DNA of 64,000 nt from an uncultured Cytophagales bacterium. Lineage in GTDB: Bacteria > Bacteroidota > Bacteroidia > Cytophagales > Thermonemataceae. Positions 28,596 to 39,561 of this stretch are shown here, one piece after another (position 1 is the first letter of the stretch; every line of letters starts with the position of its first letter). Location of the stretch: contig CALLAC010000002.1 in the NCBI GenBank assembly GCA_938002655.1, positions 20,823 to 84,822 on the forward strand, given 5' to 3'. The translations under genes were made by a program, and so were the position numbers. The notes beneath the pieces are model-generated. The model searched no databases and was not told the origin of the DNA. It worked only from the letters and a program-made list of their open reading frames with translations.

Positions 28596-30260
28596 TTAAT
28601 CCTCGCTACGAGGTGGCTCGTAGGCTTCTCTTTTGAAAAAAGTAAATCCCCCTTTTTTGTAAAGCATAGTAAGATGTGGATAGGTTTGCTGAAACCTCTC
28701 AAGCTCATCGGTTTTTACTACAAAATAAGCATCTTTATCAATTTTACCATTCAAAAGCCACTCGGTATTTTCCTGATAAGTTTCTTTTTGATAAAAATTG
28801 GGATTTTGGTAGTGTGGATATTGAAAGTAAAAATAATGAGCATAACTTTTGAACCAAACCGTAGTTACATAGCTATTCGGATTTTCTTGGCGAAGCATTT
28901 TGTAAAACTCAATAGCAGGGGCTTGTGAGTATTGCTCAATCAGCGGTACAACTACCGCCAAATAAACATTTATTACCAGAGCAGAAGCCAAAAAAAGGGT
29001 TACGGAGGCTTTTGCCACTTGCTTTCTTATTTTCCGGGCTGTCCAAAATACTGCTATACCATACAAAACACCTATCAAGAATTCCCAGCCTTTCCATTTT
29101 ACGGGGGTTTTCAGGCAATCTAAGGCAAATGGGTCATCGATATAAGCATAAAAATTTTCTTTGTAATAAGCAAAAAGTGGTACAGCCGCAAGAATAAGAG
29201 CGAAAATCCCACCTAATATTCCTAAAAACCACTCAAAACGCTTGGGAATTGAATTCTGAGAAATAAATTGTGTGATAGCTTGGGCGGCAAAAAATGAAAG
29301 CGGTAAATAAGCCATTGATGAATAATGCACGATTTTTGTTTCTACAATTGAGAATAAAATCATTACTACCCAAAACAAAAAAAACATTTTCTTATGAAAA
29401 ACAGGGGAGGCTTGTTTCAAATTTTTACGAAAGCCCCACAAAGCAAATACCGACATCGGAAAACACCCCAAAAAAACTACTACGAAATGATAGAAGAAGG
29501 GTTGTTCGTGTCCTGCATCGGGTGTAGAAAATAAACGAATTTGATACTCAATAAACATTTTGAAAAACCACCAGCCTCCCTGCCATAGCTCTACTGCAAA
29601 CCAAGCCAAAGAAACCAAAGCTGTTGAAAAAGCATACAAGACTACCGCTTGCCAAGTAGCTATTCGGCGAAAACGCTCACTTGCCCAAAATGCTACAAAA
29701 CTTAACAGTATGAGCAAAAAGCCCACAGGACCTTTGGTAAGCACAGCCAAGCCTGTAAAAATACCTGCTAAAATGGCTTTACGATTGCTTGCAGTTTCAA
29801 TCGTTTCTGCAAGATAATATATGCTTAAAAAAATAAAGTAGTTGAATACAGGGTCAATAATACCTGATTTGAAGTACATAAAAGGCAAAAAACTCCCCAA
29901 ATACGCCATTGCCCACCAAAAACCTATTTGCAAAGAGTATTTGCGTGTGCCTATATGTAAAAATGTGAGCAGTGTAATTACTCCAAAAATAGCATTAGGC
30001 AGGCGTGCCGCAAAAGCATTGATACCAAACAAACTCATTGAAAGACTTTGCAACCAGAAAAAAAGTGGCGGTTTTTCCCAAAAAGGGCGATAATTGATTT
30101 GTACTTGCCTGAAATTTCCTGTAACCAACATTTCACGAGCCGACTCGGCAAAATTCACCTCGTCCCAATCAAAAAGATGAACACTTCCTAAAAAAGTTGT
30201 AAAGAAAAGCAATCCTGCTATTAGAAAAAAAATTTGATGTAGACGATAGCTAATAGGCAT
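28596..30260 (-). CDS. ArnT/PMT-like GT-C glycosyltransferase (lipid-linked donor)
   Basis: DWDEVNFAESAREM, EKPPLFFWL, ARLP, LTKGPVG and HEQPFFY motifs in a polytopic membrane protein; probable start Met 30260. Confidence 0.88.
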   Translation of the reverse strand: MPISYRLHQIFFLIAGLLFFTTFLGSVHLFDWDEVNFAESAREMLVTGNFRQVQINYRPFWEKPPLFFWLQSLSMSLFGINAFAARLPNAIFGVITLLTFLHIGTRKYSLQIGFWWAMAYLGSFLPFMYFKSGIIDPVFNYFIFLSIYYLAETIETASNRKAILAGIFTGLAVLTKGPVGFLLILLSFVAFWASERFRRIATWQAVVLYAFSTALVSLAWFAVELWQGGWWFFKMFIEYQIRLFSTPDAGHEQPFFYHFVVVFLGCFPMSVFALWGFRKNLKQASPVFHKKMFFLFWVVMILFSIVETKIVHYSSMAYLPLSFFAAQAITQFISQNSIPKRFEWFLGILGGIFALILAAVPLFAYYKENFYAYIDDPFALDCLKTPVKWKGWEFLIGVLYGIAVFWTARKIRKQVAKASVTLFLASALVINVYLAVVVPLIEQYSQAPAIEFYKMLRQENPNSYVTTVWFKSYAHYFYFQYPHYQNPNFYQKETYQENTEWLLNGKIDKDAYFVVKTDELERFQQTYPHLTMLYKKGGFTFFKREAYEPPRSED

Positions 30261-30264
30261 AAAT

Positions 30265-30693
30265 TTATCTTGTTTCCATAGAGCAAGCATTACACAAACC
30301 TTGAATAAGCAAATTGAACTCTTTGGCTACAAAGCCCTCAGGTAAAGAAATTTTAGGAATAATTGTGTTATCCAAACATCGGGTTTTCCCACAAGTAGAA
30401 CATTTGAAATGAACGTGGTTGTGATGATGTTCGTCCATAGAGCAGTAATGCGGCGAGCAGAGAGCATATTTAGGCGTGCCTTCGTCATCTAAAACTTTAT
30501 GAATAATCCCTTTTTCTAAAAAAGTTTTGAGTGTTCGGTAAAGTGTTACTCTATCAAAGGCAGGCACTAAAATTTTTTCTAAATCGTTGTGGCTGATAGC
30601 AAAGTTTTTACTAATAAATATAGCTAATGTTTCCAAACGACAAGCCGTATGACGCAACTGATGTTTGTTAAGAATGCTGACAGCAACATTCAT
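30265..30693 (-). CDS. Fur-family transcriptional regulator (His/Cys-rich, Zur-like candidate)
   Basis: DRVTLYRTLKTFLEKGIIH helix-turn-helix; EHHHNHVHFKCSTCG; C-terminal CNAC. Confidence 0.9.
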   Translation of the reverse strand: MNVAVSILNKHQLRHTACRLETLAIFISKNFAISHNDLEKILVPAFDRVTLYRTLKTFLEKGIIHKVLDDEGTPKYALCSPHYCSMDEHHHNHVHFKCSTCGKTRCLDNTIIPKISLPEGFVAKEFNLLIQGLCNACSMETR

Positions 30694-30796
30694 AAAATTA
30701 TTTTTTTGCTCGCTACAAAAGTAGTATTTTTTTGCAATATCTGAACAATTTTATTTTTTTTAGCGTTTATGCAAAAAACCTAAAATCTATAAGTCT

Positions 30797-31486
30797 ATGA
30801 GAAAGTATTTTATTTGTTGCATTGTATTTTTTATTTTTGCTCTCAACTTTAGTTCTGCCCAACTTCGTGTAGGCATACGTGGCGGCTTACAAGTTGCCGA
30901 TATGCGAACCAAACCCGACGACCGCACCGTCGAAGAAATCAGCAAATTACAATTGGGTTACCAACTCGGCTTGGTATTAGATTATTCTTTCAATAATGTT
31001 ATTTTTATTCAACCTGCTCTGCAAATTAATAGCAAAGGTTCAAAAATTATACAAACCAGCAATACTCCGAATACCAAACTAACCATTCAAAACATGCCTT
31101 TGTACGTAGATATACCTTTGCTTTTAGGAGTACGTTTTGGAGTACAAGGGCTGAAAATTTTTGGCATGGGCGGCCCGTATGTAGCTTATGGAATAGGAGG
31201 GAAAAGATTGGCTCGCACCGAAACGCTTTCAGGCTCGCTCATAACTGAAAGCAAAAGTTCTATTTATTGGGGGAATGAATCCTCATCAGACTTACGCCCG
31301 CTTGATATGGGCTTTGTCGTTTCGGCAGGTGTAGAATTAAGCAATTTACAAATAGGCTTGCATTATACACCAGGATTTATAAATATTGCCCCCGAGAACT
31401 CAGGCAGAAAACTCTACAATAGCACGCTGGGTATCAATGCTACTTTACTTTTAGGAGGTAATGGTAGAGTGGGAAGATTTTTATGA
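30797..31486 (+). CDS. Outer-membrane beta-barrel protein (porin/PorT-like family)
   Basis: Signal peptide, alternating beta-strands, YVDIPLLLG and [11 protein letters not shown] segments typical of Bacteroidota 8-stranded barrels. Confidence 0.7.
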   Translation: MRKYFICCIVFFIFALNFSSAQLRVGIRGGLQVADMRTKPDDRTVEEISKLQLGYQLGLVLDYSFNNVIFIQPALQINSKGSKIIQTSNTPNTKLTIQNMPLYVDIPLLLGVRFGVQGLKIFGMGGPYVAYGIGGKRLARTETLSGSLITESKSSIYWGNESSSDLRPLDMGFVVSAGVELSNLQIGLHYTPGFINIAPENSGRKLYNSTLGINATLLLGGNGRVGRFL

Positions 31487-31514
31487 TGAATACTTAAAAC
31501 ACAATCTACAAGCA

Positions 31515-32732
31515 ATGCTTACACAAGTTTCTGTACAAAAAAATCCCACACAAGAAGGTTATTATGGCAACTTCGGGGGTGCATACATCCCCGAAATGCT
31601 TTATCCGAACATTGCCGAGCTTGAAAAAGTATATCTTTCAGTAATTTATTCTGAAAAATTTCAACAAGAGTTTTGGGATTTGCTAAAAAATTATGTAGGC
31701 AGACCCTCCCCTCTTTATTTTGCCAAGAGACTCTCAAAAAAGTATCAAACACAAATTTTTCTAAAAAGAGAAGACCTCAACCATACGGGTTCGCATAAAA
31801 TCAATAATACTATTGGGCAAATCTTGCTTGCTAAACATTTAGGTAAAAAACGTATTATCGCCGAAACGGGGGCAGGTCAGCATGGGGTAGCTACTGCTAC
31901 TGTTTGTGCACTAATGGGATTGGAGTGCGTTGTATACATGGGCGAAATAGATATAGAACGCCAAAAACCCAACGTAGAACGAATGAAACTACTCGGAGCA
32001 ACAGTATGCCCTGTCTCTTCGGGTAGTAAAACCCTCAAAGACGCTACCAACGAAGCTATACGCGATTGGATCAACAACCCTACCGATACACATTACATCA
32101 TTGGCTCAGTAGTAGGACCGCACCCTTACCCCGATATGGTGGCTCGTTTTCAGTCGGTTATTTCCGAAGAAATACAAAAGCAACTCCAAGAGCAAATCGG
32201 CAGAAACTATCCCGATTATGTACTTGCTTGCGTAGGTGGTGGTAGTAATGCGGCAGGCAGTTTTTATCATTTCATAGAAAACCCCAAAGTTAAACTCATC
32301 GCTCTAGAAGCGGCAGGCAAAGGCATACATTCAGGGCATTCGGCGGCAACCACAGCTCTTGGAAAAATGGGCATCATTCATGGCAGTAAAACCCTTCTTA
32401 TGCAAAATGCCGACGGTCAAATTATTGAGCCCTATTCTATTTCAGCAGGTTTAGATTATCCAGGCATCGGACCGCTACACGCCTACTTATTTGATAGCCA
32501 AAGAGCTCAATATCATTCAATTACAGATGAAGAAGCTATGCAAGCCGGCTTTATGCTTGCCCAAACCGAAGGCATTATTCCTGCCATTGAAACAGCTCAT
32601 GCATTCGCTTACTTGGAAAAACTCAATGCTAAACCCAATGAGGTAGTAGTTGTTTGTCTTTCAGGGCGAGGCGATAAGGACCTAGCTACTTACATGCAAT
32701 GGAAATCAAATTATTCGTATTCTTATTGCTAA
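31515..32732 (+). CDS. trpB: Tryptophan synthase beta chain
   Basis: [42 protein letters not shown] and [11 protein letters not shown] motifs; probable start Met 31515. Confidence 0.96.
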   Translation: MLTQVSVQKNPTQEGYYGNFGGAYIPEMLYPNIAELEKVYLSVIYSEKFQQEFWDLLKNYVGRPSPLYFAKRLSKKYQTQIFLKREDLNHTGSHKINNTIGQILLAKHLGKKRIIAETGAGQHGVATATVCALMGLECVVYMGEIDIERQKPNVERMKLLGATVCPVSSGSKTLKDATNEAIRDWINNPTDTHYIIGSVVGPHPYPDMVARFQSVISEEIQKQLQEQIGRNYPDYVLACVGGGSNAAGSFYHFIENPKVKLIALEAAGKGIHSGHSAATTALGKMGIIHGSKTLLMQNADGQIIEPYSISAGLDYPGIGPLHAYLFDSQRAQYHSITDEEAMQAGFMLAQTEGIIPAIETAHAFAYLEKLNAKPNEVVVVCLSGRGDKDLATYMQWKSNYSYSYC

Positions 32733-32791
32733 CTTTTTTAAGTATCAAAAGCAAATCAACTTACAACATCTGAAAAAATATAGGAAACTGA

Positions 32792-32814
32792 AAAGACTGC
32801 CTTTGGCAGTCTTT
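32792..32814. terminator. Probable bidirectional intrinsic terminator between trpB and the convergent ORF
   Basis: AAAGACTGCC-TTT-GGCAGTCTTT, a perfect 10-bp stem. Confidence 0.7.
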
Positions 32815-32839
32815 GAGTATTTGTTCAGTTTCCTTACAC

Positions 32840-33277
32840 TCAGGCCGCAAGTTCTAATATTAACAACACTAAACCTATGATTAAAAATATAATGCCTGGT
32901 AACAAAAGTATAATCGTAGCAATGAAAACTAATCCAACTGCTGCAAGTATTACACCCACTAATCCTAATGTACCTAGTTTTTGTCTTTTTTGTATTTCTG
33001 TACTTTTTAGATTTTTCTTAATTCTTTCGCCTTTGATTATTTTATTTGTAGTAAGAGGGACATTTGAAACCTCAATTTGAACAGGTTTTACTGCACAAGG
33101 CGAAATATCAGCTGGCTTATTCGCAGAAACATTTTTTTCAAGATTTATCTTTTCAAAAGATAAATCCTCAGCCATGATTACATCCATACGAACTGCACTT
33201 TCTGTACTTTGAGCTGATGTTGTTTTTGCATAGCCTAATAATAGCAAAACAGCGAAAAGAAGAAGATTTTTTCTCAT
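32840..33277 (-). CDS. Hypothetical protein with signal peptide and C-terminal hydrophobic hairpin
   Basis: 145-aa ORF with an N-terminal signal peptide and two C-terminal hydrophobic helices. Confidence 0.6.
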   Translation of the reverse strand: MRKNLLLFAVLLLLGYAKTTSAQSTESAVRMDVIMAEDLSFEKINLEKNVSANKPADISPCAVKPVQIEVSNVPLTTNKIIKGERIKKNLKSTEIQKRQKLGTLGLVGVILAAVGLVFIATIILLLPGIIFLIIGLVLLILELAA

Positions 33278-33442
33278 AATAATTTAGTTTTTAATTGAAC
33301 GTCGTCTCAAATTTAGTAATTGTTTAATATACTCCAAATTTTTTAGTATATTTTTTAACTTTTCAGGCTGTAAGAGTAGCATTTTTACCTTTTCAAAAGA
33401 TTTTTGTTACCTTTGCCTGCTAAAAGCTAAATCAAGTTATCA

Positions 33443-34987
33443 ATGCAAAGCAGAAAAGTTTTACTAATTATTCTTGACGGCTGGGGCATAGCCACTCAGC
33501 CCGAAGTTTCAGCCATAAACCAAGCCTATACACCTTTTATAGATAGCCTTTATATCCAATACCCTCATACGCAATTAGAGGCATCGGGGCTTGCTGTGGG
33601 GCTACCCGAAGGACAAATGGGAAATTCGGAAGTAGGGCACATCAATATCGGTGCGGGCAGAATAGTGTATCAGGATTTGGTGAAAATCAGCCTTGCTTTT
33701 GAAAAAGGCGACATGAGCCGTAATCCTATCCTTACGCAAGCCTTTGAATATGCTGAAAAAAACAATAAAAATATGCATCTCATTGGTTTAGTTTCTGATG
33801 GTGGCGTACATTCGCATATCAACCACCTGAAAGGTATTTGTCAGATTGCCTGCGAAAGAAACTTCTCCAATATTTTCATTCATGCCTTCACCGATGGCAG
33901 AGATACCGACCCTCAATCAGGTATACATTTTTTGAAAGATGTAGAAACTTTTACCCAACAAACCACAGGTAAAATCTCTTCAATAATTGGCAGATATTAT
34001 GCAATGGATAGAGATAACCGTTGGGAACGTGTAAAACTTGCTTACGATTTGCTTACCAAAGGCATTGGAAAAAATACCGAAAACTTACAAGAAGCTATCT
34101 TGCAATCCTATCAAGAAGGCATTACTGACGAATTTTTGAAGCCTATCAAAATGTATGAAAATGCTAAAGCTCTACCTAATATAGAACCCGATGATGTAGT
34201 CATTTGCTTTAATTTTCGTACCGATAGAGGCAGGCAAATCACACAAGTTCTTACCCAAACCGATTTCCCTGAATACGAAATGTATAAATTGCCCTTGTAT
34301 TATATTACGCTCACCAACTATGACGATACTTTTCAAAATGTAAAAGTAATTTTTGAAAAAGATAATTTGCAAAATACACTTGGCGAAGTGCTTGCACGAG
34401 CAGGTAAAAAGCAAATCCGCATTGCCGAAACAGAAAAATACCCCCATGTAACTTTCTTTTTTTCTGGTGGCAGAGAAGAAGTTTTTGAAGGCGAAAAGCG
34501 TATTTTGTGCCCTTCGCCCAAAGTAGCTACCTACGATTTGAAACCCGAAATGAGTGCCTATGATATTGCCGAAGCTATTTGCCCCGAATTGCAAAAACAA
34601 GAAGCCGATTTCATTTGCCTCAATTTTGCCAACCCTGATATGGTGGGGCATACAGGCTCTATGCAAGCGGCTATCAAGGCTTGCGAAGCAGTAGATAATT
34701 GTACAAAAAAAGTTGTAGAAACTGCCTTAAAAAATAATTACACTACCCTTATCATCGCTGACCACGGCAATGCCGATTGTATGATAAATGAAGACGGCTC
34801 GCCTAATACAGCCCATACTACCAATCCTGTACCCTGTATTTTAGTAAGCAAAGATGCTCAAAATTACGAATTTACAGGCAAAGGTATTTTGGCAAACATT
34901 GCTCCAACTATTTTAGACCTAATGAATATTCCAAAACCCCAAGAAATGAACGAAAATGCCATTTTAGTAAAAAAAGCCAATGTCTAA
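33443..34987 (+). CDS. gpmI: 2,3-bisphosphoglycerate-independent phosphoglycerate mutase
   Basis: LDGWG, GQMGNSEVGH, SDGGVHSH, DGRDT, GRYYAMDRD, AETEKYPHVT, NPDMVGHTG and ADHGN motifs. Confidence 0.97.
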   Translation: MQSRKVLLIILDGWGIATQPEVSAINQAYTPFIDSLYIQYPHTQLEASGLAVGLPEGQMGNSEVGHINIGAGRIVYQDLVKISLAFEKGDMSRNPILTQAFEYAEKNNKNMHLIGLVSDGGVHSHINHLKGICQIACERNFSNIFIHAFTDGRDTDPQSGIHFLKDVETFTQQTTGKISSIIGRYYAMDRDNRWERVKLAYDLLTKGIGKNTENLQEAILQSYQEGITDEFLKPIKMYENAKALPNIEPDDVVICFNFRTDRGRQITQVLTQTDFPEYEMYKLPLYYITLTNYDDTFQNVKVIFEKDNLQNTLGEVLARAGKKQIRIAETEKYPHVTFFFSGGREEVFEGEKRILCPSPKVATYDLKPEMSAYDIAEAICPELQKQEADFICLNFANPDMVGHTGSMQAAIKACEAVDNCTKKVVETALKNNYTTLIIADHGNADCMINEDGSPNTAHTTNPVPCILVSKDAQNYEFTGKGILANIAPTILDLMNIPKPQEMNENAILVKKANV

Positions 34988-35013
34988 TATCATTCATAAA
35001 AATGAACCCATTC

Positions 35014-35043
35014 CGAAAGTATAAACTTTCGAGATTTTTTTGT
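35014..35043 (+). terminator. Possible intrinsic terminator after gpmI
   Basis: CGAAAGT-ATAA-ACTTTCG hairpin followed by a T-run. Confidence 0.45.
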
Positions 35044-35286
35044 TTTACTTACCTGCCATCTTTTTATGTAAGCTAAAATCTTTTTCTTAAACTTTTAGCA
35101 GACAGAAAGTTTATTTCAGCTTGCCAAAGATTATTTCGCAAATTAGTGCCCAAAATATCTTTTGTAACTTTTATATAAGTTTTGAAAAAATTTTTCAACT
35201 TTTTTTTTGAATAATTCAAAATCTTGTATTTACTTTGCTACGCTTAATAAAACAATATTCATCTTTCATTCAAAATCATTGAAAAA

Positions 35287-36999
35287 ATGAAAAAAACTCT
35301 AACCTTCGGTTTTGCCGCTTTACTTGCGGGTGCTGTATCTGCTCAGCGTGTGTGCCACACAATGCACGTGTGGGAAAAACAAAAACAAGAAAATCCCGAA
35401 TTAGAACACAGAATGCAAGAAATTGAGCGAGTAACCGAAAATTACTTGCGTAATGGCTCGGCGTATCAGAATGAAAATGGCAGAGTTACGGGAGTTGTAA
35501 CCATCCCTGTGGTAGTTCACGTAATTTATAACTCTTCCAAGCCTCAAGAAAACATTAGCGATGCTCAAATTCAATCACAAATTGCCGTATTGAACGAGGA
35601 CTTCCGCCGTACCAATCCCGACCACGTAAATGTACCTTCTCTTTTCTCCTCATTGAAAGCTGATACAGAAATTCAGTTTGTTTTAGCCAGCACCACTCCA
35701 ACAGGTGGCCCTACCACAGGTATCACTCGTAAAGCCTCTACCCGTACCTCTTGGGGTACTAATGATGATTGTAAAAAACCTTCAGCAGGCGGTGTAGCTC
35801 CTTGGGACGCAACCCGCTATCTAAATATTTGGGTTTGTAATATTGGAGGTGGTATTTTGGGCTATGCCCAATTCCCCGGCGGAAGCACTGCTACCGATGG
35901 AGTAGTAATCTCTCCACAATATTTTGGCTCATCTTCCAAAGGTACAGGTTTTTATCTTTCTGCACCTTTTGATAAAGGTCGTACTGCTACTCATGAAGTT
36001 GGGCACTGGCTCAACCTTCGCCACATCTGGGGCGATGCCAATTGCGGAAACGATTTCGTAGCCGATACTCCTACCCAACAAACTTCTAACAGCGGTTGCC
36101 CTACTTTCCCCAAACCTTCTTGTGGCAATACCAGCGATATGTTTATGAACTATATGGACTATACTGACGACCGCTGTATGTACATGTTCACTCTCGGACA
36201 AAAAGACCGTATGCGTGCTACTTTTGAACCCGGTGGAGGACGTTCTGGATTTGTGGGCGGTAGCTCGAGCGGTGGTTCTACTACGCTTACTTATTGTACT
36301 TCCAAAGGCAATAGCGTAGCCGATGAATGGATTCAAAGAGTGCAACTCAACACTATCAACAACAATTCGGGTGCAAATGCAGGTTACGGCAACTTTACTT
36401 CACAATCTACTAACCTTGTACGTGGAACTGCTTACACCATTACCATTACTCCCGGTTGGCGAAGCACTCGTTATGCCGAAGGCTACGCCGTATGGATTGA
36501 CTACAACCGCGATGGTGATTTCCTCGATGCAGGTGAGCAATTATTTACCGTTTCAGCTACTACAAGTACTTCTATTTCAAGAACATTCACGGTACCTACT
36601 TCTGTAACCACAGGTGCTACGCGTATGCGTGTATCTATGAAATACAATGGTGTTCCAAGTTCTTGCGAAACTTTTAGTTATGGCGAAGTAGAAGATTACA
36701 CCGTAAATGTTGTTGCGGCTCGCGAAGATTTGAATGCTATTCCTACGCTCAACGAAGATTTTGATATTCAAATTTATCCCAACCCTGCCAAAGATGTAGC
36801 TCATATCAAACTGGTAGGCTCACAATCGGCTTCTCTGCAAGTATTTGATATGGCAGGAAGAAACGTATATCATGCTAACATCGATGAGAATGGCCAACAC
36901 ACTATCCGTTTAGAGCAATTTGAAAAAGGTATTTACCTCATCAATTTGCAAACCTCTAATGGTGTGATTGAAAGAAAGAAACTTGTTGTGCAAAAATAG
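35287..36999 (+). CDS. M43-family (pappalysin/ulilysin-like) zinc metalloprotease with GEVED domain and T9SS sorting domain
   Basis: Signal peptide; IPVVVHVIY; [15 protein letters not shown]; FMNYMDY Met-turn; GEVEDY; IYPNP...GIYLI CTD. Confidence 0.92.
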   Translation: MKKTLTFGFAALLAGAVSAQRVCHTMHVWEKQKQENPELEHRMQEIERVTENYLRNGSAYQNENGRVTGVVTIPVVVHVIYNSSKPQENISDAQIQSQIAVLNEDFRRTNPDHVNVPSLFSSLKADTEIQFVLASTTPTGGPTTGITRKASTRTSWGTNDDCKKPSAGGVAPWDATRYLNIWVCNIGGGILGYAQFPGGSTATDGVVISPQYFGSSSKGTGFYLSAPFDKGRTATHEVGHWLNLRHIWGDANCGNDFVADTPTQQTSNSGCPTFPKPSCGNTSDMFMNYMDYTDDRCMYMFTLGQKDRMRATFEPGGGRSGFVGGSSSGGSTTLTYCTSKGNSVADEWIQRVQLNTINNNSGANAGYGNFTSQSTNLVRGTAYTITITPGWRSTRYAEGYAVWIDYNRDGDFLDAGEQLFTVSATTSTSISRTFTVPTSVTTGATRMRVSMKYNGVPSSCETFSYGEVEDYTVNVVAAREDLNAIPTLNEDFDIQIYPNPAKDVAHIKLVGSQSASLQVFDMAGRNVYHANIDENGQHTIRLEQFEKGIYLINLQTSNGVIERKKLVVQK

Positions 37000-37031
37000 T
37001 TAGTTCTATACATAATTAAGCAGTTTTTCTT

Positions 37032-37070
37032 ACAACACGAGGTAAACATTTTGCTTCGTGTTGTTTTTTT
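37032..37070 (+). terminator. Intrinsic terminator after the M43 protease gene
   Basis: ACAACACGA...TCGTGTTGT 9-bp stem followed by T7. Confidence 0.7.
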
Positions 37071-37181
37071 ATGAAAAGCCTTCTATCTTTGGGTTTTACG
37101 CTAAAATGAAATTAGCTTTTGGAAGTCAAACGACGATTTCCTATAATCCTGCCAATCATTGTAATCTTGTTGTAAAATGCC

Positions 37182-39548
37182 ATGAACTTGAAATTCTTTT
37201 ACTCTTTTTCTGTCTTATTTGTATTTCCAATTTTACTTTTGGCTCAAAAAGCAACTCTGCAAGGCAAAGTATTTGATGAATACCAAAAACCACTGGAAAC
37301 AGCTATTGTAGGCGTACCCTCTTTGGGCATAGGAACAAACACTAACGCACAAGGCTTTTACAGCTTACAAATCCCCGCCAATCAGGTTTTACGTATAAAA
37401 GTAAGTTATCTGGGCAAAAGCAAAGATACTACCTTGCAAGCATCGGAAAATACTACTTTGGAAATCAATTTTTACTTAAAAGTTAGTGAAATTGAAGCTA
37501 TTAGCATAATAGGAAGAAAACAAGATTCATTGCAACGTTTACAAGTCAGTACCTTTCACCTCAATGCCAAACGTTTGGAAGCTATGCCTTCGGCTTTTGG
37601 TGATTTCAATAAAATTTTGGCTACGCTTGCAGGCGTAGTGAGCAACAACGAACTCTCCTCTACTTATTCGGTGCGTGGGGGTAATTTTGATGAAAACCTT
37701 GTGTATGTCAATGATATTCTGATTTATCGTCCATTCCTTATCAGAGCAGGACAGCAAGAAGGCTTGAGCTTTATCAATCCCAATTTAGCCGAAGAGGTAA
37801 GTTTTTCATCAGGAGGTTGGCAAGCCAAATATGGCGATAAACTCTCTTCAGTATTATCCGTAAATTATCGTAAGCCCACTCGTAAAGGTGGTTCGCTTAC
37901 TTTGGGCATTTTGAACAATCAGGCTCATGTAGAAGGATTGAGCAAAAATCAGAAGTTTACTTATCTGCTGGGTATCAGACGCAAAAATTCTCGCTATCTG
38001 CTTCGAACTCTGCCCGTAAAAGGGGAATATTTACCTCAATTTATTGACTTTCAAGGTTATTTCACCTATCAACTTTCCTCGAAATGGACAGCCGAATTGC
38101 TCACGTCTTATGCTCAAAATCGCTATTTGGTGCGTCCTGCAAGTCAGCAAAGTACTTTTGGAACAATCAATAGGGTACTGAGGCTTTTTGTGGCTTTTGA
38201 AGGGCAAGAACTCATGAACTACGATATTACCCAAAATGCTATCAAATTGAGCTACCACGATGACAAACTTCAAAGCAATTGGATACTCTCGCAAGTTTTT
38301 ACCATAGAACGCGAATACTCAGAAGTTGAAGGTAGCTATCGGCTCTGCGAAGTCAACCCTAATTTTGGTACGCAAGGTTTTAATGAATGTATACTCACCG
38401 TAGGAATTGGCTCAGAGTATTTACACTTACGCAACCGCTTTCAAGCACAAATTTATGCACTGGAAAACCGCTCTATCTACGATTGGAGCCCTACGCATCG
38501 TAGCGAAGTAGGCTTTCGATTTAGCCACGAAATCATTGATGATGTATTGCAAGAATATAATTTTCTGGACTCATCGGGCTTTGTGCGTATCAATTACCGA
38601 AATTTTGCAAGTAATTTTCTTGCAAGCCATCGTTTTGCAGGATTTTTACAACACCAGTGGGATATTGATAGCCGACAACGCCTTACGGCAGGGTTTCGGC
38701 TTAGTTATTGGAGTATGAATCGTGAGTGGGTAGCCTCTCCTATTTTGCAGTATGGGGTGCGTGCTACCTCAAAAGATATGATTTGGAAGTTTGCCATAGG
38801 AATGTATCAGCAGCCACCTTTTTACCGAGAACTACGAAGTTTTGAAGGGAATTTGAATTTGGCTTTGCTTTCGCAAAAATCTTTACAACTGATTGCAGGC
38901 AACGATTGGAGCTTTAAGGGCTGGGGCGAAAGAACATTCAGATTTACCAACGAAATCTATTACAAATATCTGTGGGAGCTTGTGCCATACGATGTAGATA
39001 ATGTTCGTTTGCGTTATTATCCCACTAATGATGCTTTCGGATATGCCTACGGCTGGGATATGCGTATCAGTGGAGAGCTTATCAAAGGTACAGAGTCTTG
39101 GTTTTCGATGAGTTTGATGCGAACCGAAGAAAATGTTGCCTTTGATACCCAAGGGTTTATCCGCCGTCCTACCGACCAACGTTTCACTTTGGGGGTATTT
39201 CTGGAAGATTATTTGCCCAACAACCCTACTTGGCGAATGAATTTGAATTTGGTATGGGGCTCGGGCTTACCTTTCAATGTTCCGAATAATCCGAACTTAC
39301 GCAATGTTTTTCAAGGAAAAGCATTTCGCAGAGTAGATATTGGTTTTTCGAAATTTATTGATAAAGTTCGCTTCAAAGGTAAAACGCTCTTTCAATCTCT
39401 TTGGATAGGAGCCGATATATTGAACTTACTGGCAATCAACAACCCTGTTTCATATTCTTGGGTAAGCGATCTGAACGGGCAACGCTATGCTATCCCCAAT
39501 ACGCTTTCGGCAAGATTTATAAACCTACGAATGATTGTCAAATGGTAA
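37182..39548 (+). CDS. TonB-dependent receptor-like outer-membrane protein with N-terminal carboxypeptidase-regulatory-like domain
   Basis: Signal peptide; N-terminal GKVFDE...GTNTNAQGFYSL...VSYLG domain; plug motif SVRGGNFDENLVYVNDI and GGWQAKYGDKLSSVL; beta-barrel body. Confidence 0.85.
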   Translation: MNLKFFYSFSVLFVFPILLLAQKATLQGKVFDEYQKPLETAIVGVPSLGIGTNTNAQGFYSLQIPANQVLRIKVSYLGKSKDTTLQASENTTLEINFYLKVSEIEAISIIGRKQDSLQRLQVSTFHLNAKRLEAMPSAFGDFNKILATLAGVVSNNELSSTYSVRGGNFDENLVYVNDILIYRPFLIRAGQQEGLSFINPNLAEEVSFSSGGWQAKYGDKLSSVLSVNYRKPTRKGGSLTLGILNNQAHVEGLSKNQKFTYLLGIRRKNSRYLLRTLPVKGEYLPQFIDFQGYFTYQLSSKWTAELLTSYAQNRYLVRPASQQSTFGTINRVLRLFVAFEGQELMNYDITQNAIKLSYHDDKLQSNWILSQVFTIEREYSEVEGSYRLCEVNPNFGTQGFNECILTVGIGSEYLHLRNRFQAQIYALENRSIYDWSPTHRSEVGFRFSHEIIDDVLQEYNFLDSSGFVRINYRNFASNFLASHRFAGFLQHQWDIDSRQRLTAGFRLSYWSMNREWVASPILQYGVRATSKDMIWKFAIGMYQQPPFYRELRSFEGNLNLALLSQKSLQLIAGNDWSFKGWGERTFRFTNEIYYKYLWELVPYDVDNVRLRYYPTNDAFGYAYGWDMRISGELIKGTESWFSMSLMRTEENVAFDTQGFIRRPTDQRFTLGVFLEDYLPNNPTWRMNLNLVWGSGLPFNVPNNPNLRNVFQGKAFRRVDIGFSKFIDKVRFKGKTLFQSLWIGADILNLLAINNPVSYSWVSDLNGQRYAIPNTLSARFINLRMIVKW

Positions 39549-39561
39549 GTTGTTGCAAAAT

